A stretch of 54,999 nt of DNA, filler included, from Basidioascus undulatus (taxonomy: Eukaryota): assembly GCA_000826855.1 (NCBI GenBank). It is 5 parts of 5 records of this genome, joined end to end, with 100 filler letters (N's around TTAATTAATTAA, not from the genome) between each part and the next. Parts side by side here need not be neighbours in the genome. Positions count along the whole stretch, not along the records: positions 1 to 10,942 come from JTLS01001064.1; positions 11,043 to 21,964 come from JTLS01001065.1; 3 more parts are not named here. The stretch is one strand, 5' to 3'. A program made the translations under genes and the position numbers. Position 1 is the first letter of the stretch; each line of letters begins with the position of its first letter. The notes under the pieces are model-generated. The model was not told the DNA's origin, did not search any database, and worked only from the letters and a program-made list of their open reading frames with translations. Of this stretch, positions 1 through 11,948 are shown piece by piece.

Positions 1-165
1 CCGCCTCGCACTCACGCGCAACGCGAACCTCCTCCGCCGCCTCCAGTCGAAGCGCTCGACGCCGTGCCCGGTCTTCGCGAAGCGTACACCGCAGCGCTCA
101 CCCGCGACACGCACGTCCGCCTCGCACTCACGCGCAACGCGAACCTCCTCCGCCGCCTCCAGTCG
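1..165 (+). repeat. 49-bp exact direct repeat (1-49 and 117-165)
   Basis: ccgcctcgcactcacgcgcaacgcgaacctcctccgccgcctccagtcg occurs at 1 and at 117. Confidence 0.9.
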
Positions 166-480
166 CACGAGCGCCAGCGTCTCCTCTCTTCCTCCGCCTC
201 TACCACCTCCGCCCCCGCACCGCCTGCTGCCCCGCTCGAGCCGACCGAAGCCGAGCGCGCAGACGCGTCCGCTTTCCTCCGCAATACCGCGTCCCTCCTC
301 GGCTCCGCGTCACACGCCCTCCCGGGCCTCGTGCCGCCCCCGGAGGCACTGCGCGCCGCCCAGCCGAGGGGGTACAGGCCCGGCTGGAGGGGCACGCTTG
401 ACGCGCCCCCTGAGAGGGCGAAGGCACTTAGGGACAACGTCACGGTCAAGCCTGGGCCGGGGGTGGTGGGCAGGCGATAG
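1..480 (+). CDS. 3' end of a protein resembling the C-terminus of BRD7/BRD9-type bromodomain proteins (partial)
   Basis: Open GC-rich frame to TAG at 478-480. The segment LTRNANLLRRLQSHERQRL...PTEAERADA...LVPPPEALRAA loosely recalls the BRD7/9 C-terminal helices; no bromodomain is in the window. Confidence 0.3.
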   Translation, partial: PPRTHAQREPPPPPPVEALDAVPGLREAYTAALTRDTHVRLALTRNANLLRRLQSHERQRLLSSSASTTSAPAPPAAPLEPTEAERADASAFLRNTASLLGSASHALPGLVPPPEALRAAQPRGYRPGWRGTLDAPPERAKALRDNVTVKPGPGVVGRR

Positions 481-969
481 AGGGGGAAAGGGAGAGAGGG
501 AGAGGGAGGAGATTGTTGTTCATTAGTCTGTTTAGTCTGATGCTGTTCATTTTCTTTCCTCTTTCGTTGAGTTGTGTTGAAGATGATTGATTGCTATCAG
601 TGCGATTAGTGATGCGTGCATACACTCTTGTTTTGGTTCGTGGCTCTGTCGGCCGTGACGGAGGCTTAAGAAGTTACAAAGAAAGTGCTTCGACTGATAC
701 CTGCCTTTCGAATGCAAATTGCCAGCCTGCCGGTGATGAAGCAAAGCTTCGGTCGTGTGAACCCAGACGTACGACGATCCGAGCCGTCAGACTTCCCCTC
801 GGAGCTCCTTCCTCCGCTTGACAGGGATTAGGCGCTCAACAGGCATTTACGTAGAACCATAGGAATAAGCTAATCAACAACCAGTCAAATTATCGCCCAA
901 CATCGGCAGAGATAACGCAAACGACTGGGTTGTGGCGTCGAAGAAACAGAGGCTGTAGCAGGAAGGACG

Positions 970-2590
970 TTAGAGCCACTCCTAAATGACTGCGCTCGTC
1001 TGGGATGCACTATCATGTAGGACCCAGCCATGTTCCGCGTTCTCAGGGATGTACGTGGAGAAGTCGGACGCCGTGGGGTAAAGGGCAGCGACGGTGTCTA
1101 GTTGCGAAGGCAGCGGACTGTCGTAGGCGTTTCCTCCGGTGAAGATGAAATCCTAGGAGTGTTCCCACCTTTCTGTTAGATGGGAGGGGAACGAGGCACA
1201 TCTTGGCCCCCGTCAGCACAAATGAAGTTGGACGCCCGGCCAGGCGGCGCGCCCACTGTGAGAAGTTCTCCGAGCTTGTACGTCAAGCATACGCAGACAC
1301 CGCCGGGTCGAAGTATGGATAGTACAGAAACTGAGGGATATGCGCAAAACAGGTCAGCGTCAAGAGGAGATACGTTTGTGAACCAGGCAGAGCATTAGCT
1401 CACGGTAATTTCGTCATTCTGCTGTGCTTGCGTCGCAAGGTAAGAGCTGTCCGGCGGTTCCCAAAACGCTCCGGATATTGAGGCGACACCACCGTCGACC
1501 TGAAATTGGTTGAGCGAAGGGTCCGTATGTGAAGTTGGCAGTGAAGCCTGCAAAATGGGGAGCGGTCGAAAGAGTCAGGAGGAGTTCCGTTCAGTAGTAG
1601 GTCTTTGAGGAGATGTGAGGGCAGCGAACCTGTCCAAACTACAGCGGACAGGGCAGCTGGGTATCTAACTGTGACGCCGACGAGTGGCACCTGCGTGGGA
1701 GAGTGATGAGAATTTTGTGAAGCCTCTGTGATCACTGGAAGATATGACAACCTTCCGTAAGAGTAGGTAACTCCGATGATACGTCCAAATTCGTAGCCGA
1801 AACTGTCGTTGGCTAAGAGCTCGGCGAATGCGTGCGCAATCTCCACCTTCGATGGGCCTCATGAGTGTCTCGGTCTACAAACATATCGAGGGCACAAGCC
1901 CTCTCACCTGCGGAGCCGTCTGAACACGCATAATGCCGTGCGCTCGGCTTGGCTGACTTTCCAGTACCCAGCCGGTCGTAAGAGAGGGTCGGGTACCCCG
2001 CCGAAGTCGCGGCAGCGATGTAGTTGTAGTCGTCGTCGCCTGAGCCAGGGACTGCAAAGTCCCAATAGGAATGGCCGCTGCGGCTGTCCCGAGAAGTCTT
2101 TAGCATGCGATCAGTTTCAAGATGCAGCGATCAGGTCTCTCTCACAAGTCAAGGCGTGCACAAGCAGCTGTACGTCCCCGCAGTCCTGGTACTGGTGGGG
2201 CAGACACAACTGCGTCCAAATATCTACGTCTCGTTGACGACCTCGGTCCCGTCGAAGATGTCCGCCGTTAGGCTGGAGCTGGTCGAATAAAAGCGCTGGA
2301 GCGTCGCAGTGAAAGAAGAATGTTTTGTCGGCGGGGCGAGATTCAGCTGTTGTAAGTCGCAGTTCCCGTTAGCAGACACATCAAGACCACCTACAAAAAT
2401 GATTGATCAAGCCGAAAGTACGCACGATAGTGTTGGTGCTGGTGATCGACAGACTTGCGATAAAAGACTCGCACGTTGCGCCGTTGGAAGTTCGACGCGT
2501 CCGAAGAGCTCGTAATGTGTCGCCATCAGTGGGAAGGGCAGCCGTGGCGCTGGCAAGTATCGTGAGGAAGAGTACTGCGCTCAGAAGCAT
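970..2590 (-). pseudogene. Secreted alpha/beta-hydrolase family gene, apparently disrupted
   Basis: Signal peptide MLLSAVLFLTILASATAALP (ATG 2590); motifs DIWTQLCLP..VQLLVHA, SYWDF, YDRLGTGKSAKP, GVTYSYG, YPAALSAVVWTG and C-terminal NAEHGWVLH. Frameshift near 2225 and in-frame TAG at 984-982 three codons before TAA at 972-970. Confidence 0.6.
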
Positions 2591-3507
2591 TTTGGGGATT
2601 GAGTACGGCGACTGGCGGGTCTGAAGTGCTAGGGAAGGCCTCAGCAAGTTATTCTGAGCATCAAGTCCACCGCTTAAATACCTGGGAAAAACGTAAAGCA
2701 TATCCGGTGAGCAGGCAGTCACACCCGACGTACACTTTGAACAGGAGGGAGCTCAGGAGAGCTACGCCGTCCGCAAATGCTGACTGACTTCGGGTGACTG
2801 ACTGCGTGCTCTGTGAGAGCTTGAGATCGTCCGCATCTGTGACTCATCTGTTACTAGAAAACTCGTTTGATTGTTGGAGTTGGTAAAATGTTTCTCTAGA
2901 AGGGTGGGATCAGGCTGTACCGCCTCACTGTGATGATGATTCTCGCCTCATCATTAGAAGGCATACACATGCAAGCATGGCTCTCGAATTAGCACAAGAT
3001 GTCTAGAAACACAAAAATAAAGAAGAGCGGTATCCCCTTTAGACCAAGTGGGAAGACCGTAGCGTCGAGAACAAAGTGTAGACATATGTCATCCTGTGCG
3101 GGTGTGGCAATGAAGTGTACTGCTCAGCCGGTTTCAGCTTGTGATCGTGCTCTTCGGACTGAAAAAACTGTTCCAATAACTTTCCCAGATGGGGATTTGC
3201 TGATTTAACCGCGTTTACGGGGAGCTATCTGGCAGCAAACGGGCAATGTAGCCACTGTCGAAGCAGACGCCACGGCACATATACACGAGGGTTGTTCATG
3301 ACATTGAAGACAATAACCTATGCCCCGTGTCGGAAAATTCACCGAGCCCTGTCCAGCTTCCGATTCACCCCGCCCAGTAGCGTCTTCCTCAGGAGTTCCT
3401 CGTGAATGCTACTTCCTGTGTTTTATTCCCTTCCAGCTGTATGAGCCTACTGCATCCCAAGTCATAGTTAGGGATACGCACATAATAGACTGTGTCCACA
3501 CTCTGAA

Positions 3508-4781
3508 TCACAGGCATAAAGATTCAGCATAACGGGCAAGTTGTATGGGAGAGACACGCACATCGCGAACGCCTTGGTCCTTCAGGCCATCGTCCAATTC
3601 TTGCAAATCTGCGTTCAGAAGAGGATGAGCTGTTACAGCCAATCTGAAATGCCATACACCTCTTACATTCTCGTGCGGCGGCGTCTGATCCACTTGGATG
3701 AACTGGATCCCGACTTGCGACAAAGGCGCGTTGGCCTTGTCGAGCGGCGCGCGGCCGCGACGATGACGGACTCGGGGTGTCGGTGGGCTCTCCGTCCTAT
3801 AGTAAGTAGAGGCGTTTCAAACTCTTGGAAACCAAAGTGACGTTTGAACATTGGACTGGAAGGACGGTAATAAGCAGCTGCAGGCCGCCGTACTTTAGAG
3901 AGCGTGCCAAGTGATCGTAGTTGGATCGCACAATGTTCAAGGGCTTCGGGTTGGCCCCAGCTTCAAAGTCAGAGAGATAGGGCAGCAGCAGAGCTTTAAG
4001 GCGCTCCCCGATGCTATCATCCACGTCGGTCGCTTGCTTGGCTGAGATATTTTGATCAAATCTGAGTTGCATATGCAGAGCGTCAGCAAGGACCTCCCCG
4101 GCTTGGAAAACTTGAGGAAGCGCATGACGTACAGTCGGATGCGCCACTCCAAAAAGTCGAGCACCGTCATGCCGTGCGGGTTCTCCACTTTCTGCACCGC
4201 CGACGGCACCTCTCCGTAAGGTTGCTCCTGGTCGAGCACGATTTCGATCGTTGTCACGGGCGGCAGGACGGCGAACGCGCACGCGACCGGCCAGTGGTCC
4301 ACGACAGGAGAGTCGCACACATCTCCCGATCTTCATGGTCGACGAAGACAGGCGCCTGATCGACGTCCGTCTCGCAAACCCCGAAGATCATGTTTCCCTC
4401 GTGGGTAATGACAGAGTGGAGGATCGCCGGTGCGCGGGAAGGCGCGGCCGCCTTGGAGCGCTTCGAACGCTTCGCTCGTTTGCGCAGGGCGGCGGTCTTT
4501 CCCTCGACCTCGCTCTCAAATTCTAGAGAACGGGAGGGGATAAGTGCATGTCCATATCATAATAGAACCATACATCCGGCGCACCTTCCCCTTGCGTTTC
4601 CTCAACGCTACGGGCGCCCCACAACCAGCGTCACGCAGAGCGGCGAGCCAGGGCCCTTCAAGCGTGGTGAGGTCCGCTCGGAGAGCGCGGCAGGTGCGCG
4701 AGAGGACGACGATCGACTTGAGATCGACAAGCGACGCGATTCGAGTTCGAACTTCAGTAGGGGGGTCAGTATAGTCGGCAT
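3508..4781 (-). pseudogene. F-box-like protein, probably frameshifted; 3' end uncertain
   Basis: ATG 4781 gives MPTIL, but the F-box-like helix DPPTEVRTRIASLVDLKSIVVLSRTCRALR..W is in a shifted frame from ~4768; further exon-like ORFs at 3937-4320 and 3508-3723. An unseen upstream exon could alternatively explain the frame. Confidence 0.4.
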
Positions 4782-5535
4782 TGCTTTGAAGAACCGAGCC
4801 TGAGCGAAACGTTGTGAAGGTGTGAAGAAAGCGGCGCTGCAAGAAGGCGAGTGAACGAGTGTCTTGTCCTGTCTTAACTCGTCCGCCAATCTACGCTGAC
4901 CGTGGACTTCGGTAAATTTTCGCTTAATATGATATAGTAAAGGTGCCGTGATTTGTGTCTATTAAGAGCAACTCACGGTATTTAGCTCGCCTACAAAGTG
5001 TTGGGTGACTCCACAAGTCTGAGGTGAACGCAGGTGAAATGCTAAACGCTGCCGCTGACCGTCATCACCCTTACCACCCTGACAAGGGCATCCTGTTCAG
5101 CTTTGTCTCGTGGCCCCATCAGTTTCCCAATATTACTTTTAGCTCTAAAGGGGCTCGGATAGTGCGGATTGTGCCCGAGTGGACTTGAAACGACCCTAGA
5201 CAGATCAAACAGTACGAGTTGGTATCGTCGGTGTTGCCCCGGAGTGACCGACCCACACGTCAAGTAACTGTGGAGACTTAATCCTCATGAGGTGCCCACC
5301 GGACTTGCTCCATCCACAGGTAATGTGAAAAAGCCCTCGACCAACTCGAATGGTTAATCGACCCGCTTTCCCCTGGGTGGATGTCGATTGTCGGATAAGT
5401 CCAGTTGCGAGACTGTCGCTATTCAAGAGTGTAAATTGATTGAACCAAATCTTGAAAGTCACTTGTCTGGTACATGGCGTGTAGAAAGGCATAGCAAGGC
5501 TCGACTACCGAGTATGACAACCTTGACACATCCAA

Positions 5536-7761
5536 TCACTGAGAGTAGATCCTGACGCTGTTGATCACCCAGCTGTGGTGGAAGTTTAGCGTACGGTGTC
5601 GGAGGGGTAAGAGAGCGGTTCTTCGACTCACACGGCGTCGTTGAAGTTCGACGGGTTCTGTACCGCCGCTAGACAGCCATCCCAGCCTGAAGCGCCTGGG
5701 CAAGAAGCGCCTGGCTGTCCCGGTACGTTGTAGGCCTCGCCCGCCCAGTCCCCTATAATACATCGCCGGGGTAAGCCTTCCTTTGGACAAACCCAACCGA
5801 AGGGCGGCAACTGTAACTCACCGCAAAGTGTGATGTCTGGGAGACAGACCATGCCGATCAGCGGGAACTGGCTGGGACTGACATAGAGCGTTGCCGGATA
5901 AAGAACCTACCGAAAATCAGTTTGCTGGGAATTTGGTGAGGTTAAGTCATACCGTTAGGGGAACGCGAGGTACAAATCCATGTGCAAAATACGTACTGGT
6001 CATAGAAATGGTCAGCGCTGCAGGAGCCGCCATCAAAGAAAGCGGTCGGTGTCCCCCAGGACGAGGGGTTCGGAGAGCTCGAAAGGATGTCTGAAAGTGA
6101 CGAGAAATGTCAAGCCCATCAAATCTTGGAAGCGGAAGCTGTGTGTGGTAGCGGCGTTCGCAAGATGGAAGCGGGCAACACTCACCGCCAGGGATGTTGG
6201 CACGGGTCCAGAACCATACTTTGATACCGTCGTATGTCTATGGGTGTGGGTTTCTTGGTATTTTGATCTACCTCCTTGTAAGCTTTGAGGTTTGAACTCA
6301 CCCATTCATGAGCGTACACGCCACCGCCGGCAGCGTTGAACGCCCCACCGGCGCTGTTTGCGTACGGAATTTCTGTGTCCACCATCGGTGACCTAGGGCT
6401 TTTCAACTGGGAATGTGTAAAGTCTTACCGTAGCCGCAACCAGTATTTCCGGTAGGCCCGAGCGAGTTGCAGTCGGTGTTGCCGAGGAAGTTGGCCCCGC
6501 TACCCGAGGCGCCATAATGGTCGCAGCTGGACGCGGACAGAAGGTTCAGTCCAGCTTCGGAAGGGTTTCCGGGCAAGAGTAACTCACCCCTCGTTGGCAT
6601 GTATCGCAATGCGATTGTAAGCGTGAGAGTTGACGGCTGCCGCGGCATGGCATCTCGATCAGTTCACGTCTGCACCCGGCGGGCAAACCGCAACGACATA
6701 GACACACTCTCTGTTGTTCGAACGCAACAATACCTAAGATTAGCTTGTATAGCTTCCCAATCCTTTACGGGAATACACACCTATCACGTCGATTTCTCCG
6801 GCGTTGGGCCAGTTCGGTCCATGAGACCACCTGCCGACCCACCCGTGAAGGTCAAGAGGACGAGCTTCAGGATCCGAACGAATGGGCCTCACCATGCCGG
6901 CCATACAGCTGCGGTGGGTAACACGGTTTGAGCGCTTGACAGGAGGGACGACATCGGCGTCCAACATGTAACGCACCGCATCCGAAAGGCATGGCGACAG
7001 CGTCCAAGATGAACAAACCGCCTAAAAAGCGCGCTGTCAGCAAGAGCAAGCACACCGCTGGAATTCAACAGGCATACGTACCCGAGTAGGTGCGCTGGGA
7101 TTCAATGCGAACACTTTCACACGCAACGTTAAGCGATCGTGCGTGTCTGCGTTTGCCTCACGGCCATGAAGAATGGCGGACCTTCCGCGTCCAACGCCCC
7201 ATCCCAGGTTGTTCGTGCTGTTAGACGGATAAAGCTCAGTGTGTGGCCGTAAAGGGTTTCCAACCGGTGGACAACGCACTTGTCGACGCGCATGTATGCT
7301 CTGTCATAGCAGGTCAGGCAACGCGGCGGGACATCGAGTTCTGGTTGGATGGACGACTCACTTTCCGTCAGACGTGATGCCGGCCAAAGAGCGCCCAAAC
7401 GCCTCGTCGCGAGTCAAGTAACTAAATATATTAACGTTAATGCAGCTCTGCCCTGTGTGTTGCCCTGAACGCATCCGAAGTGAGCGCTTACTCGACGACA
7501 CCGTGCGTAGGATCATCTGCATCCCAGAAATTCCAGCCACTGCAAGGTAACTACAGTTAGTTATATGCAAGAATAGTGTTAGGTTAATTGGACATAATCG
7601 AAGAAACTGGACCCTTCATAGCTCTGTATTAGCGAGTAAGAGGCCTGACGCTGCGAAAGAGTTGTGTTTAAAGGCTGCAGCTGAGGCGGGAGCCTGTTGA
7701 GGACGAGACCCTTGACCAAGACCAAGTAAGCGAGGACGGCCAGGAAAAGAACGTTCCGCAT
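5536..7761 (-). CDS. Secreted glycoside hydrolase family 16 (fungal laminarinase / endo-1,3(4)-beta-glucanase type), many short introns
   Basis: Signal peptide MRNVLFLAVLAYLVLVKG; YSLIQSYEGSSFFD; AYMRVDNTNNL; GGLFILDAVAMPFGC; WPNAGEIDVI followed by a GT donor (EIDxxE catalytic motif split by an intron); NTGCG; FNAAGGGVYAHEW; ITLCG/DWAG; ends WVINSVRIYSQ-TGA at 5536. Confidence 0.9.
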
Positions 7762-9380
7762 GTCGCATCAAGTGATAGGGGAAGGAGGAAGGAAGGGAAG
7801 GGGTTGACGATAGAGGGGAAGAGGACCGCACCGCTTCTCGCTCCAGTGAAGTGAAACGCCCTCAGGCAGCCCAAGGCGACCCTCAATACGGAAATACAAA
7901 CAAATCTGAAGGTTAGGGATGTTGGATGTACACGGTGCAAACTGTGTTCTGACCACGAGGAACGAAACACTGCCGAAGAAAAATGGCAAACGGCGGCCCG
8001 TTTTCCAGCCGTTGATCGAAATACGATCAAGGGAGACCTCCTCCGCCAGACCCGCAGAGTTTGCGCAGAGGACACTGACTTGCGACGCAAATTTGGATGG
8101 ACCATAGGGAAATTGGTGGCCTTGGCAAGCCGTGAAAGGTGACCACCCTGCTGCGACCGTTGCCTGTGATCCCGCTGACAATCTGCGTGCCACGCGGTGC
8201 GAACGACCTCAACCCTTGCCCCGTCTCTCCGTGGTCAACCCTGAAAATATACCTAAGATCTTCAGAACAGATTATCTCAATCCCCTCTGTACCTGTACAG
8301 TAAAACACGTGCACCGCTTTGTTCGTGTGATGAAGCAGGAGGAAGAGTGGAAGTGCATGATCAGAAGGGTGACCTTACCCTGCTGTCCCGCTCGCCGCAC
8401 ACGCTGCAAATCAGGAATAGAGGGGATTCTCGGCCCAGATGGAAGAACTCCTGTGACCTTCTGCGCGCGGTGGCAACTCCTTACCCTCAGTGTGATCGAC
8501 GAAATGAGCTCGCGGTCCATGAGTTGAACGAGTAGATGGCTGCTCTCACCTCTCACCCTGTGATGACTTTCTAATGTCTGGCAAGATCGAACGCTAGTCT
8601 TTCCTGCCAATTATGAAAGTCATCCTGACAGCACTCGACCGCCACGCCGTCTCTGCTGCCAGGGCGTAGCTAGCTGGCTCCAGACGCCCTCAACGGCTTG
8701 CACTGAGCAATAACTCCGGTGCACTCCCTCCCAATGGGAGACAAACAGATAAAATTGTTCATTGCGTTTCTCTCTTTGAGTCTCCTGGACTATCGAGGTT
8801 GGGTAGAAGTGTTCCGCATCCGCCTTGCTCAGAAACCGCGTGACCTTTATGGGATTTTGTGGGATCCAATGTGGGCCCGCCTTCGCTGCCTCGAAGATGC
8901 TCCAATGTGGACTGTCACGAAACGTAAGTAACTATCAGTTCTAATCGCATCGCAGAAGGAGCGTGCTTTGAGAAGGGTCGGCAGGTCTTCTTGCAGAGAC
9001 TGAGACGAGCCCGCCGTGCCTGAAGAGCCTTACGCGATCAACAACCTGATCGTCATGAATGCGACTGTGCCAAAACACAAGCGTTCAAGTTCGTGCTCAT
9101 TTACGTTATACTCGAGTGCACGAAGGTCCCGGTCTATGTGCAACAACGGAGCCTGAATTTCTTTCGTCTGCCTTCGCACACAACGTATGCGAGAATCTGA
9201 GCAGGACAGCAAGCAGCAGCGGTAGGTAGCCATATGGTTTGTCGTTGCAATCGAATACGTGACGGGCGACTGCGTTACAATCAAACGGCAGGCAGGGGCG
9301 AGCGATGGGTGGTGGTGGTTTGGGGGGGCATGGGATGGGCCGTAGGCGTTGTAGTCGGACCGCGGGTGAGGGCGATACGA

Positions 9381-9775
9381 TTACTCTGCGGACAGCGATG
9401 TGAGCCGATGGGCGGACATGGAGTGGTGATAGGATGGGAGCGGGTGGAAAAGGAAGACGACGCACTGCTGCGGGCACGCATCTTTCTGCGCTTCCTCCTC
9501 AGACGACGCATCCGCTTCTTGCGCCACTTCTCTCTCACTGAAGAAAGGAATGTCTGGTCAGCATTGACCTGCGCACCATGCAGTCCTGTTCCCACAGCCC
9601 AAGCCGGTCCGTGCCCCCGGAGTCGCTGCGCGTCCACCCGCCCGCGGCTCCCACCCTTCCCAGCTCGCCCGACCCGAGCGCTAGCCCCGCCGAGTTCCCG
9701 CAGTCCACGCCCTCCCAGGGAGGTGTAGTCCTGGAGGACTCAGAAGCCTTGCCCGACATAGAGCGAAGACTCACT
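9381..9775 (-). CDS. RPL41: 60S ribosomal protein eL41 (L41), 25 aa, three coding exons
   Basis: complement(join(9775,9466-9537,9381-9385)) = 78 nt = MREKWRKKRMRRLRRKRRKMRARSK-TAA. Donors GTGAGT (9774) and GTGCGT (9465); acceptors CAG (9540-9538, 9388-9386) with CTGAC/CTCAC branch-like motifs; pyrimidine-rich stretch upstream of exon 1. Exon 1 assignment is inferred. Confidence 0.93.
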
Positions 9776-10942
9776 ATTGACCGTAGAAGATGAAGTGGTG
9801 AGGACAAAAGAAGGAGCCGGTCGCCTGGGACAAAATGCACCTTCGCCTCCGCCGATTGACGCCGTGGTTACGGTTGAACCACATACCGTTGATAGATTAC
9901 CTAATCTCCTTGATACTCGACTCGTTTCCTTTTTACCTTTTACCTTTTTCCGGACTGTACTTTCGCTCGTTCTGGGCAAGGTTACACACGGATTGAGATA
10001 ATATTTTTTGATGCGGCGCCCTGGAAACCAACAGATGTCTGTTGTATGGCTGTGCGATGCTTGGTCTTGGGCTTCCTCCGTCCGTCTGTAGGCTGCCCGT
10101 CCTCTCAAGGCTGCCTCACCACTAATATATCTGAAAGGGAGCCAGGAAGCCTTAGGAAAACATGCATATGATAAGAAACCAGCCTCAGTCAGCCTCAGAC
10201 CTTGTGAAGCTCGAGAATTGTCTTTGTATGCGTGCTGGAATTGAATGCTCTTTACACCGCGTCAGGCGGCGGGAGAGCAGCATGGGCGATGGGTGTGTGT
10301 TTATCAACATTTCAGTCTATCGTTAGAAAGCAGCAAAGTGAGACAGTGATGCTTTGTGATACTGGCAAGTGCGTACAGCAATTTGTTTTCCTTGCGCCGG
10401 CGGTGCTACGGAGTAAACTGGAGACCTAGTGTTGCTGCAAAGACATTTCAGCTGCCCCATGATTCCACCCCATCCTCCGTATTGAGGGGACCATGTGCTA
10501 CCAGTACATCGCCAAGGCTGGGACGCGCCTGTCGGTAGACCTGGACAACATAGAGCCTGATGCGATCGTTCCGTACAGTAGGGCGGCTGTCCTCGAAGTG
10601 GCGCTGGCCGAGATCAAGCACTTCTGCATCCCTGCGGGCGCTGGGAACCTCGCTACTGTCTTATCTTATTCGGATGGCTGTGATTTTCAAAACCCAAGGA
10701 GTCTGTAGAAGGAGGCGAATGTCATGGCCTCCGAGATGGTGTCCGAGGTGGTCCATTGCGTCCTTGGCCATGCCACGTATCAGGCTGAAGTGTCCCACTG
10801 CTAGTGTCGCCAGCCACCTCATGTCCCGTGCCACCATGCCCTCCTTGTGCGTGGGTGGCGTGTCCGACCTCGACGGCTCGTACGCAAGCAGTGCAGCTAG
10901 TGAGGAGAGCTCTGCCTCGCTTAGGGACACTCCGTAGTAGGT

Positions 10943-11042
10943 NNNNNNNNNNNNNNNNNNNNNNNNNNNNNNNNNNNNNNNNNNNNTTAATTAATTAANN
11001 NNNNNNNNNNNNNNNNNNNNNNNNNNNNNNNNNNNNNNNNNN
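10943..11042. other. Artificial contig spacer (44 N + TTAATTAATTAA + 44 N)
   Basis: Six-frame stop linker flanked by N runs. Confidence 0.99.
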
Positions 11043-11049
11043 CCCCCAG

Positions 11050-11230
11050 TATCCACCTTTGCCACGACCCCTCGAAGGACAAGGCGTTCGAGCTCGAGAT
11101 CTCGTGGGTGGGCGCGGCCTCGCCCGGCGGCCGCCACGCGCAGGTGCCTGCCGAGCTGCTGAAGGAGGCGGACGAGGCGGGGAGGAAGGCCGCCAAGGAG
11201 GGCAAGGAGGGGGAGGGGATGGAAGAGTAG
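11050..11230 (+). CDS. PRE10: 20S proteasome subunit alpha7 (alpha type-3), last exon only
   Basis: After CAG acceptor: IHLCHDPSKDKAFELEISWVG...GRHAQVPAELLKEADEAGRKAAKEG..EE-TAG; the KDKxFELExSWV motif is typical of alpha7/PSMA3. Confidence 0.88.
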
Positions 11231-11948
11231 TGTCTCTGCGCTGAGAGAGGAGAAGCGGGTGGGGAAATGGAAATACTTGAACTGAGAGAGGATGGGGTGT
11301 GAGGCGTGCGTGGGCTGGCTGGCTGGGGAGTGCGCGGGGTGTGGGGAGTGCGGAGAGGAGCGTGCCGGATGGTTCGGAATAAGGGTCGAAGGGGAAAGCG
11401 AACATGCGTGGAGAAAGTAGTTCTCGATCTGCGTGCGTCTCATCACGAAGATTACCTCGCCGGGGCGTCCTGATCGGATACGAGCCTGAGGGAACTCTAC
11501 AGAGTTGCGAGGGAAGATGGCCTTGCCAATCATCAGCTCGCAATATCCCGGTAGCCGATTCATTCAACGCATATATCTAAGCGCCGTGGGATCGACGGAT
11601 GAGGGCGAGTCCTTATAATTACGTACAAGTGATTCGATGTTGCATGTTTGGGGTTCGGGACGAAGATGCTCGATGATTGTCTTCAGGCATGATGCGGTCT
11701 TCGTACGCAGCCGCAGTGAGCGTGCCTACGCAGTTGCTGCAGGCAAGCATTTATCGCGCTGTCGGAGATCAACATTCTTCCTTGACTATGTTCTTTTATT
11801 AAAATTTTATCTTTTGTAAGTTGGGAATGTCCTGGACAGAAACAAGCCGGACGGGGAAGCGGCATCGACATTCATGCCCGGCCAGAACGCCCCAACACGG
11901 TAGAGGCTTTCAAGCTCAATGACACTGTCTGCGCAAAGAACGTCTAGA

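Noticed and set aside
7210..7240. Apparent frameshift in the GH16 gene (FIRL/NSTNNL)
   Set aside because: Explained by an intron: GTC GAC AA|gtgcgt...ctaacag|C ACG AAC AAC gives VDNTNN in frame.
7900..9000. Short ORFs between GH16 and RPL41 (similarly 10200-10940, 13400-14900, 53670-54999)
   Set aside because: No recognisable domain, codon bias or consistent exon chain; cannot be supported as genes from sequence alone.
10987..10998. TTAATTAATTAA recurring every ~11 kb as a biological repeat or piggyBac TTAA target
   Set aside because: Always centred in 44+44 N; it is a synthetic six-frame stop linker.
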